Positions 16,445-24,551 of a DNA stretch of 24,551 nucleotides are shown one piece after another. Location: IMG/VR virus record IMGVR_UViG_3300032050_000779, positions 1-24,551 of that record; one strand, given 5' to 3'. The DNA comes from a virus. Its lineage: Duplodnaviria; Caudoviricetes. Every line of letters begins with the position of its first letter. Position 1 is the first letter of the stretch. Below the pieces are notes generated by a model. It made no database searches. It saw nothing but the letters and a program-made list of their open reading frames with translations, and was not told the origin of the DNA. The position numbers and the translations under genes are program-made.

Positions 16445-17514
16445 CACTTGCAATATTTAGTGTAAAATGTATACGGCACCACCTTCATTTTTGCCAGGAT
16501 CCATATCAGTGGCCTATAGGCTTTGAAGTTGTACTTCTCATATTTTGCTCTATCACCTTTGCGAAGGTTAATTAGTGCATTTATTTTAGATTCGTATTCC
16601 CCTAGCTTAGTCATATCAAACTCAGGCTTAATATCGAATAGCTCTCTAGCTTGTTGCTTTGTCAATCTGCCTGATCTAACTTGTGCAGAAAGGTATACTA
16701 TTCTCTTGTCAATGCCAAATTTATTAGGCAGTAGAAAGCTCCCTACAAACTCAGTGTAAACATTCTCACAATGCTTGCCGCCATAGTCTTGCCATTGGAT
16801 CAGTCGTTTCATTTCAGCCTCCATTGTCTCTCTATCGAATCCATAGTGGAAAGGCCTTACATTCTTGATGCCTTTCAGTGCATAGTACAGTTGGTCCTTG
16901 AATGTAAATAATGGATAATTAGTTAGCTCCGCTTGTGTATATGCCTTGTAAACTGATCTGATGTATTTGGCATCCATGTAAGTCCATGATGCCGGTGTTG
17001 ATCCCTCAGTTCTGAAGTCATGACCATTGAGAATGTACTTGATCTTGTACTTGTGTGCAGTATCGTACATCAGCTTTGTCATTGCTATGTCATTGGGGAT
17101 ATCTGCATCCGGAAGTCCAGCGTAAAGGAATGCTTCATTGAGCTTATCGTATTCTGACTTGTTAACCTGGTAAGTGATGGCATCTACATTCAGTTTCTTG
17201 ATGAGCTGTTGCATATTGTGGACAGCTTGTGGTGCATTCCAGTTGTTATCGAAGTGAATGACTAGCGGCTTGAGTCCCCAGTAACGCACAGCAGTGTACA
17301 ATAGCACTGAGCTGTCAAGTCCTCCACTGATCCCCATGATGCAATCATATTTGTCAGCATAGCCATGCACTCTGATCTTGTTGAGCATATCATGCAGTCC
17401 TTGTGGATCTGATTGCTTCTGTAGCTCATCATGGAGATCACAGTAGTTGCACTGCTTACTACCTATGACAGCGAAGTCAGAAGTGAACAGGCATCTTTTA
17501 CATTCTTTTTTCAT
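16444..17514 (-). CDS. N-acetyl sugar amidotransferase (WbpG/WbuX/PseA-like PP-loop ATPase)
   Basis: 356 aa; N-terminal CKRC...CNYC, YDCIMGISGGLDSS PP-loop, HFDNNWN, W.DYGGKH.E and IDKR...LSAQVRSG..T...A motifs. Confidence 0.9.
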   Translation of the reverse strand: MKKECKRCLFTSDFAVIGSKQCNYCDLHDELQKQSDPQGLHDMLNKIRVHGYADKYDCIMGISGGLDSSVLLYTAVRYWGLKPLVIHFDNNWNAPQAVHNMQQLIKKLNVDAITYQVNKSEYDKLNEAFLYAGLPDADIPNDIAMTKLMYDTAHKYKIKYILNGHDFRTEGSTPASWTYMDAKYIRSVYKAYTQAELTNYPLFTFKDQLYYALKGIKNVRPFHYGFDRETMEAEMKRLIQWQDYGGKHCENVYTEFVGSFLLPNKFGIDKRIVYLSAQVRSGRLTKQQARELFDIKPEFDMTKLGEYESKINALINLRKGDRAKYEKYNFKAYRPLIWILAKMKVVPYTFYTKYCK

Positions 17515-18050
17515 GTTATAATTATTTGAAAATAGCTTTCGTTTGTATTGACCATGTGTACATTGTAATCAGCAAAGTCTATAGGTTTAATATTGTACCA
17601 AATATGTTCAGCATCACAATCTTCAGGCTCATCCAGTGGCAAAGATAATACAAGATATTTACAATGCTTCTTGCATTTGTCAATCACCTCAAATGGATTC
17701 TCAAGATGCTCTAGTGTTTCTGCAATTATAATCACATCGTATTGACTGGATGGCTCATCTGTTCTGATATCTAGCAGCTGAATGTGATCCGCTTTGTCAG
17801 CAGCTTTGTTGACAGCTATCATTGAGAAGTCTGATGCAGTATAGATGCAATCAAACTTACTCTTCAGATATTCAGCTCCTATACCGGTGCCACATCCAAT
17901 CTCTAGGATAGTATTGAATTTTATTTGTTTTAGGATCTCAGACAGTTGCTCATAGATTATCAGCCTATCCTCCTCCACATCAACACTAGCATAGTAGTCA
18001 TCCCAAAATACCATGCTGTTGGTGTTTATTTTATCCTTTACTCTCCGCAT
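17511..18050 (-). CDS. Class I SAM-dependent methyltransferase
   Basis: ILEIGCGTG motif I, DFS acidic site, YDVIIIAETLEHLENP; no DPPY/NPPY or PC motif, so not a DNA methyltransferase. Confidence 0.85.
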   Translation of the reverse strand: MRRVKDKINTNSMVFWDDYYASVDVEEDRLIIYEQLSEILKQIKFNTILEIGCGTGIGAEYLKSKFDCIYTASDFSMIAVNKAADKADHIQLLDIRTDEPSSQYDVIIIAETLEHLENPFEVIDKCKKHCKYLVLSLPLDEPEDCDAEHIWYNIKPIDFADYNVHMVNTNESYFQIIIT

Positions 18051-18757
18051 AGTTCATTTTGTAAATCATATATCTCAGGGAATGACTGAAGGAATGCAAT
18101 CTGTTCTTTGCCAGTTATGCGTTCACTCTTTAACTTGCCAGTCCAATGATCCTCAAATTTATGTTTGTTCTCCCATTTATCTGTACTGATTGACAAGAAT
18201 TGTATCTCATCTGCATCGAATATCCCAATGGATGCATCACTGATGATTGCTCTGAGCCACATGGCCCAATCAAGTCCGCTGTTCAATCTCTTGTCAAATG
18301 GCTGCCAGTTGATCTTATCAAGGAATCTATTTGATAGCATTCTGCCAATACCTATAGGCTCATAGGATCTAGGTCCTTTGCCATATCCAGTCCAGTTGAC
18401 AAGTCTGATCTTATCATCCACATCAATGAAGTGACATCCTAGCTTTCCTACCATGTCAAACTCTTTGAGCTTATCTTCAGCCTCTTGGATGTAATTATCT
18501 GACACCCAATCAGATGAGCCAACAAACAGCACCCCAGTAGGATTGTATTTCTTAGCTGCCATGAATCCAGCATTCCACTTTGCACCCAGTGGATCATTGG
18601 ATATCTCTATCCACTCGGCACCCAGCTTGATGCATAGCTCCTTGTCTTCAGGATCATGGCCCATGCATATAACTTTGACTCCTACCTTCTGAAGTCTTGT
18701 GATTGTAATCTTGAGCAGTGGCCTTCTGCCATTCACTGGAATAGGAGCTACAATCAT
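18038..18757 (-). CDS. Glycosyltransferase-like protein (GT-A/GT2-like)
   Basis: IVAPIPVNGR start, N.PLGAKWNAG, LFVGSSDWVSD (DxD-like) and IGIGR motifs. Confidence 0.7.
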   Translation of the reverse strand: MIVAPIPVNGRRPLLKITITRLQKVGVKVICMGHDPEDKELCIKLGAEWIEISNDPLGAKWNAGFMAAKKYNPTGVLFVGSSDWVSDNYIQEAEDKLKEFDMVGKLGCHFIDVDDKIRLVNWTGYGKGPRSYEPIGIGRMLSNRFLDKINWQPFDKRLNSGLDWAMWLRAIISDASIGIFDADEIQFLSISTDKWENKHKFEDHWTGKLKSERITGKEQIAFLQSFPEIYDLQNELCGE

Positions 18758-19107
18758 GATTTCAATGCATTAAGTAGGTCAGCTTTCTTTGGTGCTGCTC
18801 CTAAGTTTAGTCCTCTATCTTTTGCCAGTGCCTTCATATCATTATAGCTCATGCTCTCATAGTTATATTGTTTTGTTCCAATAAACTGAATCTTAGCTGG
18901 TTTAATCTCTGTGTTGATGTTGGATTGAATGTGGGCTGCTAGATCTCTCATTGCATTCCGTAGGCATGTGCCACATCTTTTATTGAGCACAATATTCTTG
19001 TTTAACTTGAGCCACATGGACAGCTCCTCTTTTAGCTCTTCATTCAGTGCAAAGGATCTAGTCTTCATAAATCTTTGCGTTTGGCTCATCAGCTCATTTG
19101 ATATCAT
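18754..19107 (-). CDS. CxxC protein with C-terminal Rho_N/HeH-like helical domain
   Basis: RCGTC motif; tail MSYNDMKALAKDRGL...KKADLLNAL resembles Rho N-terminal/SAP-like domains. Confidence 0.6.
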   Translation of the reverse strand: MISNELMSQTQRFMKTRSFALNEELKEELSMWLKLNKNIVLNKRCGTCLRNAMRDLAAHIQSNINTEIKPAKIQFIGTKQYNYESMSYNDMKALAKDRGLNLGAAPKKADLLNALKS

Positions 19108-19238
19108 GGCTTCATAATTTTAAGTAGTTTCTTCTCTAAGGCTGTGCCTTTTATCTTTCTTCTTAGCTCTCTGCTATTGTGCAGCTCACGCAAAAGTATT
19201 GCACCAATCATGGCAAAATACTTGTCCTGGTCAGTCAT
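19104..19238 (-). CDS. Small basic hypothetical protein (44 aa)
   Basis: Start re-set to the ATG at 19238; ATGA overlaps at both ends; MTDQDKYFAMIGAILLRELHNSRELRRKIKGTALEKKLLKIMKP. Confidence 0.6.
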   Translation of the reverse strand: MTDQDKYFAMIGAILLRELHNSRELRRKIKGTALEKKLLKIMKP

Positions 19239-19450
19239 TGCTTGCTCTCCCATGATTGTATAATATCTGCTAGTAAATATGTGATGAATGCTATGCCAAC
19301 AGTATGCCAGTCGTACATCAGTAATAAGATTACTGAAGTCCAAAATGATAGGCAGCTCCAGCAGTTTAGTGGTTTGATATCAGGCAGTTCAAAGGTCATC
19401 ATTGCTCTTGATATCCCTAGGCTCGCCAGTATGAATAGAATATAAATCAT
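19235..19450 (-). CDS. Small membrane protein with CxxC (DUF1360-like)
   Basis: 71 aa, hydrophobic segments flanking KPLNCWSCLSFW. Confidence 0.65.
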   Translation of the reverse strand: MIYILFILASLGISRAMMTFELPDIKPLNCWSCLSFWTSVILLLMYDWHTVGIAFITYLLADIIQSWESKQ

Positions 19451-19889
19451 TTTTAAATTGTTTTATGGCACCATGGATGACTCTGAGGGGCAGATTTGTT
19501 TCTGCTTTGATATCTCTATAAGTCATCCCATACAGATGCATTTTAGTTAGTTCTTTACAAAATAGCTCTTGATCATCTTCAGGAGACTTCTGCATGTAGC
19601 TATCAAGATAGCATTGATATTCCGATAGGTCATCATCTTCTGTCTCTTTGAAGGCAACATCTGTTTCGAATGGGAGCAGACGTATTGGGGGATTGAATTT
19701 CTTGTTGAATTCACTGCCGGGCCATTTCCACTGATTGTAGGCATACCTTGCAAATGTTCTTGGAAGATCGGCCTCTTGGATATCGAGCTTACTGAGTATG
19801 ATGAATACATCTGAGACAAGGTCACGGTATAGCTCTGAGCCTCCAGTGATCTTGATTGCGATATTGTATGCCTCTTTATTCCAAAACAC
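19389..19889 (-). CDS. Phage sigma-70/ECF-like RNA polymerase sigma factor
   Basis: Region 2-like DLVSDVFIIL and region 4 HTH GMTYRDIKAETNLPLRVI; located at the early/late boundary. Confidence 0.7.
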   Translation of the reverse strand: MFWNKEAYNIAIKITGGSELYRDLVSDVFIILSKLDIQEADLPRTFARYAYNQWKWPGSEFNKKFNPPIRLLPFETDVAFKETEDDDLSEYQCYLDSYMQKSPEDDQELFCKELTKMHLYGMTYRDIKAETNLPLRVIHGAIKQFKNDLYSIHTGEPRDIKSNDDL

Positions 19890-20088
19890 ATCCCGAAGTT
19901 ATTAAATATTTGAATACCTCATTTAGAAATTGTTCTGATACTGGCTTGCTGTTACAAAACCGCCACAGCTGTGAATAGTTTAAATCACTATCTTCTGACA
20001 GATGAGTCAGCTTGTAACGATTGGAGAGCCTCTTGTGAAGCTCTCCTCTCATCCAATCACTTAGGCTCACATCAGAAGGGAAGGTCAT
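19876..20088 (-). CDS. Small Cro/XRE-like HTH protein
   Basis: LTHLSEDSDLNYSQLWRFCN resembles an HTH; start uncertain (20088 or a later ATG). Confidence 0.5.
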   Translation of the reverse strand: MTFPSDVSLSDWMRGELHKRLSNRYKLTHLSEDSDLNYSQLWRFCNSKPVSEQFLNEVFKYLITSGCVLE

Positions 20089-20347
20089 CTTCAAATAACT
20101 CATCTGCTGCTGACTTTATTTTTTCACTTGTATTCTGCAATACTGGTGCTGGTACCGGTGCTGGTGCCACATAAGGCTCTTTGATTGCAGCACTCATGTA
20201 CTTAACTCCTGATTGAGCTGTCTTCACCCATAGTGAGATCTCAAGCTCCTTGCCTTCTACATTGATCTTGCCTCTGTAGTCAGGCTGATTGTCGGCAGTC
20301 TTCTTATCGTTTTTGAAGATTGCTCCACTGTTTATTTTCTGTTCCAT
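20072..20347 (-). CDS. Single-stranded DNA-binding protein (DUF736-like)
   Basis: GAIFKN.KK....PDYRG, ISLW motifs, Pro/Ala linker and acidic tail EDDLPF. Confidence 0.75.
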   Translation of the reverse strand: MEQKINSGAIFKNDKKTADNQPDYRGKINVEGKELEISLWVKTAQSGVKYMSAAIKEPYVAPAPVPAPVLQNTSEKIKSAADELFEDDLPF

Positions 20348-20371
20348 ACTTATTTGTTTCTATAGATTAAA

Positions 20372-20557
20372 TTAATTACCAGTACCCATAAATTTTCTCC
20401 TGGTCTCCAAGTCCTCAAGGATTTGATCCAGCTTTGCAGACACTTCATGATATTCCTCATTCGTCAAAGGTATTAAAGATATTTGAGTAAAGTAAACCCT
20501 CCAATACATTGATTCAGACTTGATATCATACACATGCTCTTGTACTATTTCCATCAC
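20372..20557 (-). CDS. Hypothetical protein
   Basis: 61 aa, overlap-coupled to the exonuclease gene. Confidence 0.55.
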   Translation of the reverse strand: MMEIVQEHVYDIKSESMYWRVYFTQISLIPLTNEEYHEVSAKLDQILEDLETRRKFMGTGN

Positions 20558-21186
20558 TTATTATTTAGCTTGTTAATATACTGCACATAGAATTCTGATG
20601 CATGTCTGAGTCTCTCTAGCATTGCCAGCTCAAGCTCAATGTCACGTTCATATCTGATGACTGTGATACGTTTTGCTGCATCAATATGGTCCACTCTATG
20701 CAGAGACATGTTATCCCACTGATTAAGTAGTCCTAGCTCATTTTGTGGATCTGTTGACACCATGCAATAGATGAGCTCAAATGATGGCCTATCATACAGA
20801 TACATGTAGGCTCTGCCTTGCCATTCATAAAGTGACTCATCACCATCCTCTGCTGTTGCTGGCCATGTCTCAAGTGACCAGGATGTCTTTATGTCAATGA
20901 TAGTATCATCCAGTAGGATGTCGCACTCACCAGTCATCAGCTCAGTCTCTAGTCTGACCTTGTTCTTTTTGTAGTCAGTGAATCTGACTGCATTGACTAG
21001 ATCAATACTGTCTTGCTCTTGCTCAATGCCCTTGATAATGTACTTGTTATTCAGCTCAATGTTATAGCCATAGAAGTCTTGTTTTGCAATTGACTTGATG
21101 TAACTCTTTGCTGTTTCTGATAGGACCTCTGACTTGCTTCTAGCATTTGTCATGATCTTACCTATGCTTGATGGATGCCATTTCAT
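20554..21186 (-). CDS. PD-(D/E)xK exonuclease (YqaJ/lambda-exonuclease-like)
   Basis: HPSSIG, GECD...IDIKTSW and YEWQGRAYM motifs; next to ERF. Confidence 0.8.
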   Translation of the reverse strand: MKWHPSSIGKIMTNARSKSEVLSETAKSYIKSIAKQDFYGYNIELNNKYIIKGIEQEQDSIDLVNAVRFTDYKKNKVRLETELMTGECDILLDDTIIDIKTSWSLETWPATAEDGDESLYEWQGRAYMYLYDRPSFELIYCMVSTDPQNELGLLNQWDNMSLHRVDHIDAAKRITVIRYERDIELELAMLERLRHASEFYVQYINKLNNK

Positions 21187-21389
21187 ATTTCAAAGTTTTG
21201 TTTGATGTAATCTTCTGAATTCTCATAGCCTTCTGACTTGTACTTGCCATCAATATAGGCTGTCATTATCTCTAGCTTAGCTTTCTGATAGAAGTTTTTT
21301 ATCCATTCTGATCTGAGATCGTCACTAATTAAAATCCATTCATCACTATGCATAAACTCTACCATCTGTTGTATTGCCATTGCTCTCAT
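21183..21389 (-). CDS. Hypothetical protein
   Basis: 68 aa, ATGA-coupled on both sides. Confidence 0.6.
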   Translation of the reverse strand: MRAMAIQQMVEFMHSDEWILISDDLRSEWIKNFYQKAKLEIMTAYIDGKYKSEGYENSEDYIKQNFEI

Positions 21390-21919
21390 AGTCTTGCCTC
21401 CTGATCTTTAGTTAATAAATAGTTTGTTCTCAATTCTTGAGCCGTATACTCACCTCTTGCAATCTTAGCCAGTGCTCTACCAAATGCCTCATCTGTAAGT
21501 GATGTCTTAGCTGCTGGCTTTGGATCTTCAGTTGCCTTAGATGCTGCTTTGCCATCATCATCTGTTGCGGCCAATGATAGGATGCTGGTCAATGTGTATC
21601 TGCGATAGTAAGAAATGGCACTACCTAGCTGCTGGGGATTCTGTAAGTCAGGCAGTTTCATCATTGATTCTACATGCTCACCAGTGTCCACATCTATAAT
21701 CTTTGTGTATACCATTTGGTCAATGATAGGCTGCATGATGATCAGTCCATTCTCCATCAGAATATTCTCGCATGCATCTAGTACAGCATTGAGATCTGCG
21801 TATCTTGAATGATGTGACTGAGCATTCTTGTGGACCTTGCCGATTGCCAGCTTTGCGGTATGCAGTTTTTTGTACATAGGTACTGGAGCTGCACTCTCCT
21901 TTTCTTTAACTGTTGCCAT
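21386..21919 (-). CDS. erf: ERF-family single-strand annealing recombinase
   Basis: YADL and PQQLGSAISYYRRYTL......A.DDDG ERF signature. Confidence 0.9.
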   Translation of the reverse strand: MATVKEKESAAPVPMYKKLHTAKLAIGKVHKNAQSHHSRYADLNAVLDACENILMENGLIIMQPIIDQMVYTKIIDVDTGEHVESMMKLPDLQNPQQLGSAISYYRRYTLTSILSLAATDDDGKAASKATEDPKPAAKTSLTDEAFGRALAKIARGEYTAQELRTNYLLTKDQEARL

Positions 21920-21941
21920 AATTTGTGGTATTAAATTTCAA

Positions 21942-21972
21942 CAAATATAATTATTATTTTGAGATAAACAAA
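21942..21972 (-). promoter_or_regulatory. Canonical Bacteroidota housekeeping promoter for the recombination operon
   Basis: TTTG (21972..21969), 19-nt spacer, TATATTTG (21949..21942); ERF ATG follows after 22 nt. Confidence 0.8.
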
Positions 21973-22418
21973 TCAAACCATTGAATAAATTCATCAAATG
22001 ACTTAACTATTAGATATGTTCCCCCAGCTTTCTCTATCATTTCTTGATATCTTATCTGTGCTTCTGACTGTCTATCCTTGCCATACTTAATCTCAATCTT
22101 CACTGATCTGCCATTTATTGTGGCTGATATGTCAGCAGATCCCTTTGTGCCGGTTCCTTTGGTCCACTTCCCTGGCATCTGTCTTGTGCCCTCACCTACC
22201 TTCAGCTTGGCTCCTTGCCTCCACATTCCAGTAGTATTGATTCTTTCAGCTTGATAGCCTGATAAGTTGATGAATGACACCACTGATTTAGTCAGAGCAT
22301 TTGCTGATGAGTCTGCCCACTTAGTCTTTGCCAGTGCGAAATCAGGCATTGATGGATATTTATCTTTGAGATGTGCTGTCTCAAGATCAATAAGTCTTTG
22401 TTTATTTTCCTTGTTCAT
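21954..22418 (-). CDS. VRR-NUC-like / Holliday junction resolvase nuclease
   Basis: GSADI...IEIK...DRQSEAQ PD-(D/E)xK motif, C-terminal AGG.Y..VKSFDEF. Confidence 0.8.
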   Translation of the reverse strand: MNKENKQRLIDLETAHLKDKYPSMPDFALAKTKWADSSANALTKSVVSFINLSGYQAERINTTGMWRQGAKLKVGEGTRQMPGKWTKGTGTKGSADISATINGRSVKIEIKYGKDRQSEAQIRYQEMIEKAGGTYLIVKSFDEFIQWFDLFISK

Positions 22419-22605
22419 ATATTCTATCTAGTGTTAATGTTTTACCTGGTGCTATAGTTGTATCCTTGGCCCAGTCTTCTGCGTTTACAAATGTAAATTT
22501 GTGCTCTTCAGCTGGTACTACTTTCTTCTGCTCTGACAATTTGCTGATGAATAGAGCAAAGATTGTAGACCAAGCTAGGATCATGATAATTGATATCTGT
22601 TTCAT
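22402..22605 (-). CDS. Hypothetical protein with N-terminal membrane anchor
   Basis: 67 aa, hydrophobic IIMILAWSTIFALFI segment. Confidence 0.55.
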   Translation of the reverse strand: MKQISIIMILAWSTIFALFISKLSEQKKVVPAEEHKFTFVNAEDWAKDTTIAPGKTLTLDRIYEQGK

Positions 22606-22952
22606 TATTCTGATTTAAAGGTTAATAAAACATCATATTTAGGAAACAATCCCAAGCTAATACTAATACAATCAAATTGTTCTATTATCATATCCTCACC
22701 TTTATAAGTACATTTATTAGATTTTCTTATTCTATCTAATTTACCTTTACGTATTTTTAATAAAACTTTATTAGTGTCTATCTTACTTGTTACATTTTTA
22801 GTTATACTCATTTTATTTTGATTTAAATTTATAATAACTACTATTCCAAGAACAATAATCATATATTGATTTTTATTAAAACTGATTCCAAGAAAAGCAA
22901 AATGTACATTGCCTTCTTTACTTTTTCTAAATTGTGTTTTAAACTTTATCAT
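22605..22952 (-). CDS. AT-rich hypothetical protein
   Basis: 115 aa, visibly more AT-rich than its neighbours, TAATG-coupled to the next gene. Confidence 0.5.
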   Translation of the reverse strand: MIKFKTQFRKSKEGNVHFAFLGISFNKNQYMIIVLGIVVIINLNQNKMSITKNVTSKIDTNKVLLKIRKGKLDRIRKSNKCTYKGEDMIIEQFDCISISLGLFPKYDVLLTFKSE

Positions 22953-23175
22953 CTTCTTGTGATTTATAGTTTTCGTTATAGTAATCTATGAATGCTTGCC
23001 TATCTCCAGTCTCACAATACAAACCTGCTACCCATGTTTTTTCCATCTGCTCTTTCTCCATCTCTTTGGCTACATATAGCTGAGCAATCAAATCGTGAAT
23101 GCACCAATGTGAACATCCTTCTTTTTGTTCTTTTATAAAATATTCAAGTAATTTATCTACTGCTGTTTGTTTCAT
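22939..23175 (-). CDS. Hypothetical phage protein (MKQTAV...AKEMEKEQ type)
   Basis: Start re-set to the ATG at 23175, 1 nt after the primase stop; 78 aa. Confidence 0.65.
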   Translation of the reverse strand: MKQTAVDKLLEYFIKEQKEGCSHWCIHDLIAQLYVAKEMEKEQMEKTWVAGLYCETGDRQAFIDYYNENYKSQEDDKV

Positions 23176-23176
23176 A

Positions 23177-24551
23177 TTAAAAAGGTGCTTTATCAATTGT
23201 TTGTAAATTATCCCATTCAGATTCTTTCTTTTGTTCAGTCACATATTCTATGTAAGGAATGGAGCCATTCTGTTTGCCAGCATCTACTCTTGTAAGTTTA
23301 CCTTTCTTCACAAGATAATCTCCATACTTTCTGATTCTGCCGGATGTATACTTCTGACTAAACTTTCTGTAAGTAGGATACTGATCACAGAATTTCTCAA
23401 ACATATCCTTGAGAATCATTCTCTCATTGAATTTCATGTTATCATTTATCCAGCTGTAGAAGTCATGACCTATCTCTGACATCAATCTCTTTTCATCCAG
23501 GTTAACTGATGCATAGTTGACAATGCCATTCTTTAAATAATACTGGATGCATTCAATCATGAAGTTGTCAAACTTGCTCCACTCTTGCTCATCCCAATCA
23601 TAGAATAGATTGCGGCCAAAGTCATGGAATGGTGTGAAGGTTTTGTCATAGTGATTGTGTAGTTCTATTTCAAACTTTCTACGTTCATGTGAATTCCCTT
23701 CACCTTTCAATACATAGTTTGTGGGGATTGCAATCTTTGGCGTTCTGTCCTTCTCAATAAAGAATTCATCCTTGTTTTTCTTGTTGACTGGCATTCCATC
23801 AGTAACAATTGAGAAGAGCTTTTCAAAGTCAAAGTTTTCATTCACATCATCAAATATGAGTATCTGAGTATCAAGGCTGACTCGCTGGAATGCAAAGTCC
23901 TTTGATGGATCAAAGTTCTTTCCGTTGATGGTGCATGTATTTTTAAACTTACTCAGTGCTTCAGTGATTATTCCCTTCCCAGTTCCTCCTTGTGGATTGT
24001 CAGATATATCCTCATCATTTAAGATAATTGCTGGTGAGTAATATGGATTCTTGTATGTATGCAGCATGTAACCTATCACAGATCTGAATGAATCATATCT
24101 ATCTTGAGTCTTGCTGATATTAACAATAAACTGTTGAAAGTCACATTTGCTGCTAGACTTTTTATAAACTCTATCAATTACTTGCTTATCCCAAACATGC
24201 TGAATAAAGTCAACGTATTGCTTCTCTTCTACTGACTGAGCTGTGATCTCAACTAGACAATTCTTATAGAATAGATATGCCTTATCTTTGACATCTCTGA
24301 TAAAGTCTACATCCTTTGCTTTCATGTAGCTCAGAAAGTCACGTTTAAAATACTTAGTGACTGATGCCATGAAGTCAAACACTACATGATCACCTTGCTT
24401 CTCAACATGATCCAGGACAAAGTCTTTGATTAGATCCTCATTAATTTCTTTTACAAAGTTATTCTCAACCTTGACAAACAGATATGACAGCTCTGAATTC
24501 TGATACTTAAAGAATCCATTCTCTGCTAAAAAATCTCTGTACAAGTAGGGG
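23177..24551 (-). CDS. Primase/helicase, C-terminal P-loop (SF3/D5-like) part; 5' end outside window
   Basis: Walker A GGTGKG, Walker B LIFDD, motif C TN and ERR; frame open to the window edge. Confidence 0.8.
   Translation of the reverse strand, partial: PYLYRDFLAENGFFKYQNSELSYLFVKVENNFVKEINEDLIKDFVLDHVEKQGDHVVFDFMASVTKYFKRDFLSYMKAKDVDFIRDVKDKAYLFYKNCLVEITAQSVEEKQYVDFIQHVWDKQVIDRVYKKSSSKCDFQQFIVNISKTQDRYDSFRSVIGYMLHTYKNPYYSPAIILNDEDISDNPQGGTGKGIITEALSKFKNTCTINGKNFDPSKDFAFQRVSLDTQILIFDDVNENFDFEKLFSIVTDGMPVNKKNKDEFFIEKDRTPKIAIPTNYVLKGEGNSHERRKFEIELHNHYDKTFTPFHDFGRNLFYDWDEQEWSKFDNFMIECIQYYLKNGIVNYASVNLDEKRLMSEIGHDFYSWINDNMKFNERMILKDMFEKFCDQYPTYRKFSQKYTSGRIRKYGDYLVKKGKLTRVDAGKQNGSIPYIEYVTEQKKESEWDNLQTIDKAPF

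Noticed and set aside
17511-18050. DNA methyltransferase (anti-restriction) interpretation
   Set aside because: Too short, lacks DPPY/NPPY/PC catalytic motifs, and has the LEH motif of small-molecule/glycan methyltransferases.
19547-19891. Alternative-frame minus-strand ORFs (19547..19891; also 1270..1473, 11066..11269, 12176..12406)
   Set aside because: Nested in sigma, capsid or tail genes, with no motif, slippery site or coupling evidence.
20141-20170. Short tandem CTGGTG-like repeats
   Set aside because: They encode the APAPVPAP linker of the SSB; not a CRISPR array or iteron.
1054-23479. Short plus-strand ORFs (e.g. 1436..1834, 2588..2899, 5780..6163, 7244..7531, 16523..16759, 23231..23479)
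   Set aside because: All lie antisense within well-supported minus-strand genes and have shadow-like composition with no motifs.
1-24551. Stop-codon reassignment, CRISPR array, tRNA, integrase, DGR or lysis cassette
   Set aside because: Genes tile tightly under the standard code and end in TAA, TGA and TAG (11904). By eye I found no repeat-spacer array, cloverleaf, reverse transcriptase, integrase or endolysin motif.

Overview
This is a 24.5-kb segment of a tailed dsDNA phage (siphovirus-like). The host is very probably a Bacteroidota/Flavobacteriia member, since TTTG-N19-TAnnTTTG host promoter elements are present. Almost every gene is on the minus strand. In transcription order (high to low coordinates) the genes are: primase/helicase (5'-truncated), small accessory ORFs, a PD-(D/E)xK resolvase-like nuclease, ERF recombinase, exonuclease, SSB, an HTH protein, a sigma-like factor, CxxC proteins, a glycosyltransferase + SAM methyltransferase + N-acetyl-sugar amidotransferase cluster, terS, terL, a frameshifted tail chaperone, tail and fibre genes, tape measure, prohead protease, scaffold, major capsid, putative tail tube and the start of the portal. 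Five observations stand out. (1) A free-standing GIY-YIG homing endonuclease has split a tail gene at codon 40 and carries a recoded replacement copy of the lost 5' half. (2) A repeated motif, GGAACAA-N4-ACATAKTA, precedes late genes and is a candidate phage-sigma promoter; one copy overlaps a host promoter driving the only antisense gene, a Stealth-like phosphotransferase. (3) The phage carries a four-enzyme glycan-building kit. (4) A T9 -1 frameshift has about 60 codons of dual coding downstream. (5) Short peptide docking motifs recur in the tail-fibre module. Product calls come from motif recognition only; no database search was run.
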